From Propionibacterium ruminifibrarum (GTDB taxonomy: Bacteria > Actinomycetota > Actinomycetes > Propionibacteriales > Propionibacteriaceae): a stretch of DNA of 32,000 nucleotides. The DNA is taken from contig NZ_OMOH01000006.1 in NCBI RefSeq assembly GCF_900289195.1, forward strand, positions 116,308-148,307, read 5' to 3'. Shown piece by piece: positions 29,091-32,000 of this stretch. How positions within the stretch are numbered: position 1 is the stretch's first letter; every line of letters begins with the position of its first letter. Below the pieces are notes generated by a model, which saw only the letters and a list, made by a program, of their open reading frames with translations, did no database searches and was not told the DNA's origin. Position numbers and translations under genes: made by a program.

Positions 29091-29644
29091 CGCATGAGCC
29101 CCTTCTGCTCGATGGTGGCCGGCGCCTCCAGCGCCGCCTGCTCCTTCTCGGCGATCTCGGCGACCCGGTCGGCGCCGATCTGGGCGTGCATGACCTCGCG
29201 GGCGCGCAGCTTGAAGACCGCGTCGATGAGCATGTCGGGTCTGGGCGGGCAGCCGGGGATGTACATGTCGACGGGGACGATGTGGTCGACGCCCTGGACA
29301 ACCGCGTAGTTGTTGAAGATGCCTCCGCTGGACGCGCAGGCGCCCATGGCGATGCACCACTTCGGGCCCGGCATCTGGTCCCACAGCTGACGCACGACCG
29401 GAGCCATCTTCTGGCTGACCCGGCCGGAGACGATCATCAGGTCCGCCTGCCGCGGGCTGGCGCGGAAGACCTCCTGGCCCCACCGGCCCGCGTCGGCGCG
29501 CGGGCCGCCGTAGCTGATCATCTCGATGGCGCAGCAGGCCAGACCCATCGTCAGGGGCCAGAACGACGTCTTGCGCGTCCATCCGGCGATGGCCTCGAGC
29601 GTGGTCAGGAAGATGCCGGACGGAATCTTCTCCTCAATACCCAT
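29087..29644 (-). CDS. nuoB: NADH-quinone oxidoreductase subunit B ([4Fe-4S] N2)
   Basis: [18 protein letters not shown] and IPGCPPRP. Confidence 0.95.
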   Translation of the reverse strand: MGIEEKIPSGIFLTTLEAIAGWTRKTSFWPLTMGLACCAIEMISYGGPRADAGRWGQEVFRASPRQADLMIVSGRVSQKMAPVVRQLWDQMPGPKWCIAMGACASSGGIFNNYAVVQGVDHIVPVDMYIPGCPPRPDMLIDAVFKLRAREVMHAQIGADRVAEIAEKEQAALEAPATIEQKGLMR

Positions 29645-29662
29645 GGGTGGTCACCTGGCCTT

Positions 29663-30028
29663 TCAGTCCCAGTCGAGCCCGCCGCGGCGCAGCACGTAGG
29701 CGTAGGCAGCGAAGATGATGACGATGAACAGGAGCATCTCGACGACACCGAATGCGCCCAGGTGGTCGAAGGCGACCGCCCACGGGTAGAGGAAGACGAT
29801 CTCGATGTCGAAGACGATGAAGAGCATCGCCGTGACGTAGTACTTGACCGCGAAGCGGCCGCCCCCGGTGACGGTCTGCGGAGTGGGCTGGATGCCGCAC
29901 TCGAAGGAGTCGTACTTGGTGCGGTTGTAACGGTGGGGGCCGACGAGCGGGGACAGCCAGATCGCCGCCACCCACACGAAGACGGCGGCCAGCGCGACCA
30001 ATCCGAGGATCGGGATGTATGCGCTCAT
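29663..30028 (-). CDS. nuoA: NADH-quinone oxidoreductase subunit A
   Basis: 121 aa, 3-TM protein with YDSFECGIQP and FDIEIVFLYPWA. The SD GGAAGGA is upstream. Confidence 0.95.
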   Translation of the reverse strand: MSAYIPILGLVALAAVFVWVAAIWLSPLVGPHRYNRTKYDSFECGIQPTPQTVTGGGRFAVKYYVTAMLFIVFDIEIVFLYPWAVAFDHLGAFGVVEMLLFIVIIFAAYAYVLRRGGLDWD

Positions 30029-30074
30029 ATCCGTTCCTTCCTGCCTTCTCGATTCGGGTTCGGTCCGCCCCGGC

Positions 30075-31430
30075 CTAGGCCGAGGGCGCGATCCGTGTCA
30101 GCGTGTTGATGATGTGGTCGAATGCGTCGCCGCCCCTGGCGTCGGTCAGGTTGGCGAGCAGCTTGTTGACGAAACGCATGAGCACCGGCCGCGGAAGACC
30201 GTAGGTGGTGCACAGGTGCATGATCTTCGGGTTGCCGATGAGCCGAGAGAAGATCATGCCCAGGCGGTAGTAGCCTCCGAAACCCTTCTGGACGCTCGTC
30301 TCGTAGCCCATCAGGGCGCGCTCGGCGGCCGCGGTGCCGATGCCGCGGGAATGAGCCTCGCAGATCGCGTCGGCGGCCATCTCGGCGGCCTCGAGGCTGT
30401 AGTCGATGCCCTCGCCGTTGAACGGGTTGACCATGCCGCCGGCATCGCCGACGAGCAGCAGGCCGCCCGCGTAGGCGGGCTTGCGGTTGAGGGCCATGGG
30501 CAGGGCCGCGCCGCGGATCCGGTCGACCATGTGCTCCTCGTCGAAGCACCACTGCGGCGGGGTCGAGGCCAGCCAGGTGCGCATCAGCCGGCGGTAGTCG
30601 GTGCGCCCGAAGGCCGGCGACGAGTTGAGCATGCCGAGCCCGACGTTGCAGCGCCCGTCCCCCATCGGGAAGACCCAGGCGTAGCCAGGCAGCTGGGTCG
30701 AGTGGCCGCGCTCGCCGTCCCACAGCTCGAGCCAGCTCTCCATCCACGGGTCGTCGTGGCGGGGGCTCTCGAAGTAGGCGCGCACGGCCACCCCCATCGG
30801 GCGTTTCTCGTCGCGCCGGCGGCCCATGGCCACGCCCAGGCGGGTGGAGTTGCCGTCGGCGGCGACGACGACCGGGGCGCGGAAGGTGCGTCCGTCGGCG
30901 GTGCGCACGCCGGTGATGCGGTCGCCCACCAGGAGCGGCTCGACCACGTTGGCGCCGGTGAGCAGGTGCACGCCGAGCTGCATGGCACGGCCGGCGAGCA
31001 TGTCGTCGAGCCGCAGGCGGGGGCAGGTGGTGCCGTAGTTCGGGAAGTCGGCGAGTTCGGGCCAGGGCAGCTCGAAGGGCTCGGTGCGTCCCCCGTAGAC
31101 GCGCAGGCCCTTGTTGTGCAGGAACCCGGCCGACTCGCTGGTGTCGATGCCCAGGCGCGTGAGCATGCGCACGGCGCGCGGGGTCAGCCCGTCGCCGCAG
31201 ACCTTGTCGCGGGGGAAGGTGGCCTTCTCGAGGAGGAGGACGTCCAGACCGCGCTGGGCGCAGAACGCGGCGGTGGCGGAGCCGCCGGGGCCGGCACCGA
31301 CGACGATGACGTCGGCCTCGTCCTGATCCACCGGCGCCGAGTCCGCGAGCAACCCTGATGCCAGGGCGTTGCTCACGCCTGGCACCTCACTGTGCGTCAT
31401 CGCCTCACCCAATCCATCATGGATCCGCAT
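30075..31430 (-). CDS. Geranylgeranyl reductase family flavoprotein (MenJ-like menaquinone side-chain reductase candidate)
   Basis: FAD motif DVIVVGAGPGGSATA, then LLLEKATFPRDKVCGDGLTPRAV and GDAGGMVNPFNGEGI. The start is either 31430 or the ATG at 31400. Only 46 nt separate its stop from the nuoA start. Confidence 0.8.
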   Translation of the reverse strand: MRIHDGLGEAMTHSEVPGVSNALASGLLADSAPVDQDEADVIVVGAGPGGSATAAFCAQRGLDVLLLEKATFPRDKVCGDGLTPRAVRMLTRLGIDTSESAGFLHNKGLRVYGGRTEPFELPWPELADFPNYGTTCPRLRLDDMLAGRAMQLGVHLLTGANVVEPLLVGDRITGVRTADGRTFRAPVVVAADGNSTRLGVAMGRRRDEKRPMGVAVRAYFESPRHDDPWMESWLELWDGERGHSTQLPGYAWVFPMGDGRCNVGLGMLNSSPAFGRTDYRRLMRTWLASTPPQWCFDEEHMVDRIRGAALPMALNRKPAYAGGLLLVGDAGGMVNPFNGEGIDYSLEAAEMAADAICEAHSRGIGTAAAERALMGYETSVQKGFGGYYRLGMIFSRLIGNPKIMHLCTTYGLPRPVLMRFVNKLLANLTDARGGDAFDHIINTLTRIAPSA

Positions 31431-31580
31431 GCCAGGGTGGCCCTGACGCCGAACGCGCCCGTCCCGTTGTTGAGGACTCCCTGTCGCTCCTAGATTAGGC
31501 GTCAGTATCGTCCACGTCGACCGCGGGGGTCAAAAAACGGACCGTCCCTGACTCGAATTGCTTTCGGTTACTCTTCAGGC

Positions 31581-32000
31581 GTGATCGTTAACCCCGGTTC
31601 AACGCGGATGCGCGCGAGTACCGCCGCCATCACCGATCCCGGCCCCCTGACCGACTTCCTGGACGACTCGGGAGCGGCCTTCCTCAGGGGACAGGACGGT
31701 TTCATCGCGCTCGGCCAGATGGCCCGCCTCGACGACGTCTCCATGGACGAGGCCGACAGGTGGTGGGGCGAGTTCTCCGCCCAGATCGAGAACGAGACCG
31801 AGATGCCCGAGGCCTTCGGTACCGGCCCCATCGCCTACGGCTCCTTCACCTACGACCCGGCGCGCACCGCCCAGCGCTCCTGCTTCGTCGTTCCCGAGGT
31901 CGTCGTCGGGCGTCGGGACGGACGCTGCTGGGTCACCCGGCTCGGCTACGACCGCGTCGACCCGGTGCTGCCGGAGCGCCGCGGTGCACCGGCGCCCCCC
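31581..32000 (+). CDS. Isochorismate synthase (MenF-like), 5' portion, runs off the window
   Basis: Hand translation from the GTG at 31581 (alternative ATG at 31608) stays open to the window end with strong GC3 bias: ...FLRGQDGFIALGQMARL...GTGPIAYGSFTYDPARTAQRSCFVVPEVVVGRRDGRCWVTRLG. This resembles MenF/EntC N-terminal regions. It is not in the ORF track. Confidence 0.55.
   Translation, partial: MIVNPGSTRMRASTAAITDPGPLTDFLDDSGAAFLRGQDGFIALGQMARLDDVSMDEADRWWGEFSAQIENETEMPEAFGTGPIAYGSFTYDPARTAQRSCFVVPEVVVGRRDGRCWVTRLGYDRVDPVLPERRGAPAPP

Noticed and set aside
31431-31580. Possible small RNA, tRNA or riboswitch in the larger intergenic regions (31431-31580, 9315-9520, 12163-12365, 190-341)
   Set aside because: I could not recognise a cloverleaf or a conserved riboswitch core by eye. 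The structures present are simple GC hairpins that are explained as terminators or operators.
31568-31831. 87-aa minus-strand ORF in the last 450 bp
   Set aside because: It is antisense to the better-supported MenF-like plus-strand frame, which has strong GC3 bias and family-like sequence.

Overview
This is a very GC-rich, actinobacterial-type chromosomal window with strong GC3 codon bias. The gene content fits Propionibacteriales or a related order, but that placement is a weak inference. It is mostly core energy metabolism.

Layout, left to right:
- (1) The truncated 5' end of a membrane protein, on the minus strand.
- (2) korA-korB, 2-oxoglutarate:ferredoxin oxidoreductase.
- (3) An M13 (PepO/Zmp1-like) zinc metallopeptidase.
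- (4) Three tandem DUF805 membrane-protein paralogs. Each has its own conserved extended -10 promoter, and two carry long P/Q/G/Y-rich tails.
- (5) A minus-strand module: GntR(FCD) regulator, SDR oxidoreductase, split transketolase-like N and C subunits, and an MHS-family MFS transporter.
- (6) A long minus-strand block: geranylgeranyl-reductase-family (MenJ-like) gene, the complete nuoA-N Complex I operon, and a polyprenyl diphosphate synthase.
- (7) The 5' end of a MenF-like isochorismate synthase, divergent from that block and running off the window.

I saw no tRNA, rRNA, CRISPR array, transposase, integrase, phage gene, or recognisable defence or toxin system.

Many ORF-track entries are antisense or alternate-frame shadow ORFs typical of high-GC DNA. 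Several real genes are over-extended at the 5' end in the track, and I re-assigned their starts from SD spacing and stop/start overlaps.

The best candidates for undescribed biology:
- (a) The split transketolase-like enzyme. By eye it keeps its cofactor and catalytic motifs but lacks several canonical sugar-phosphate-contact residues. It sits in a kinase-less GntR/SDR/MHS module with a distinctive triple 7-bp-repeat operator.
- (b) The mosaic, tail-diversified DUF805 triplet.

Both are hypotheses from hand reading and need database and structural checks.
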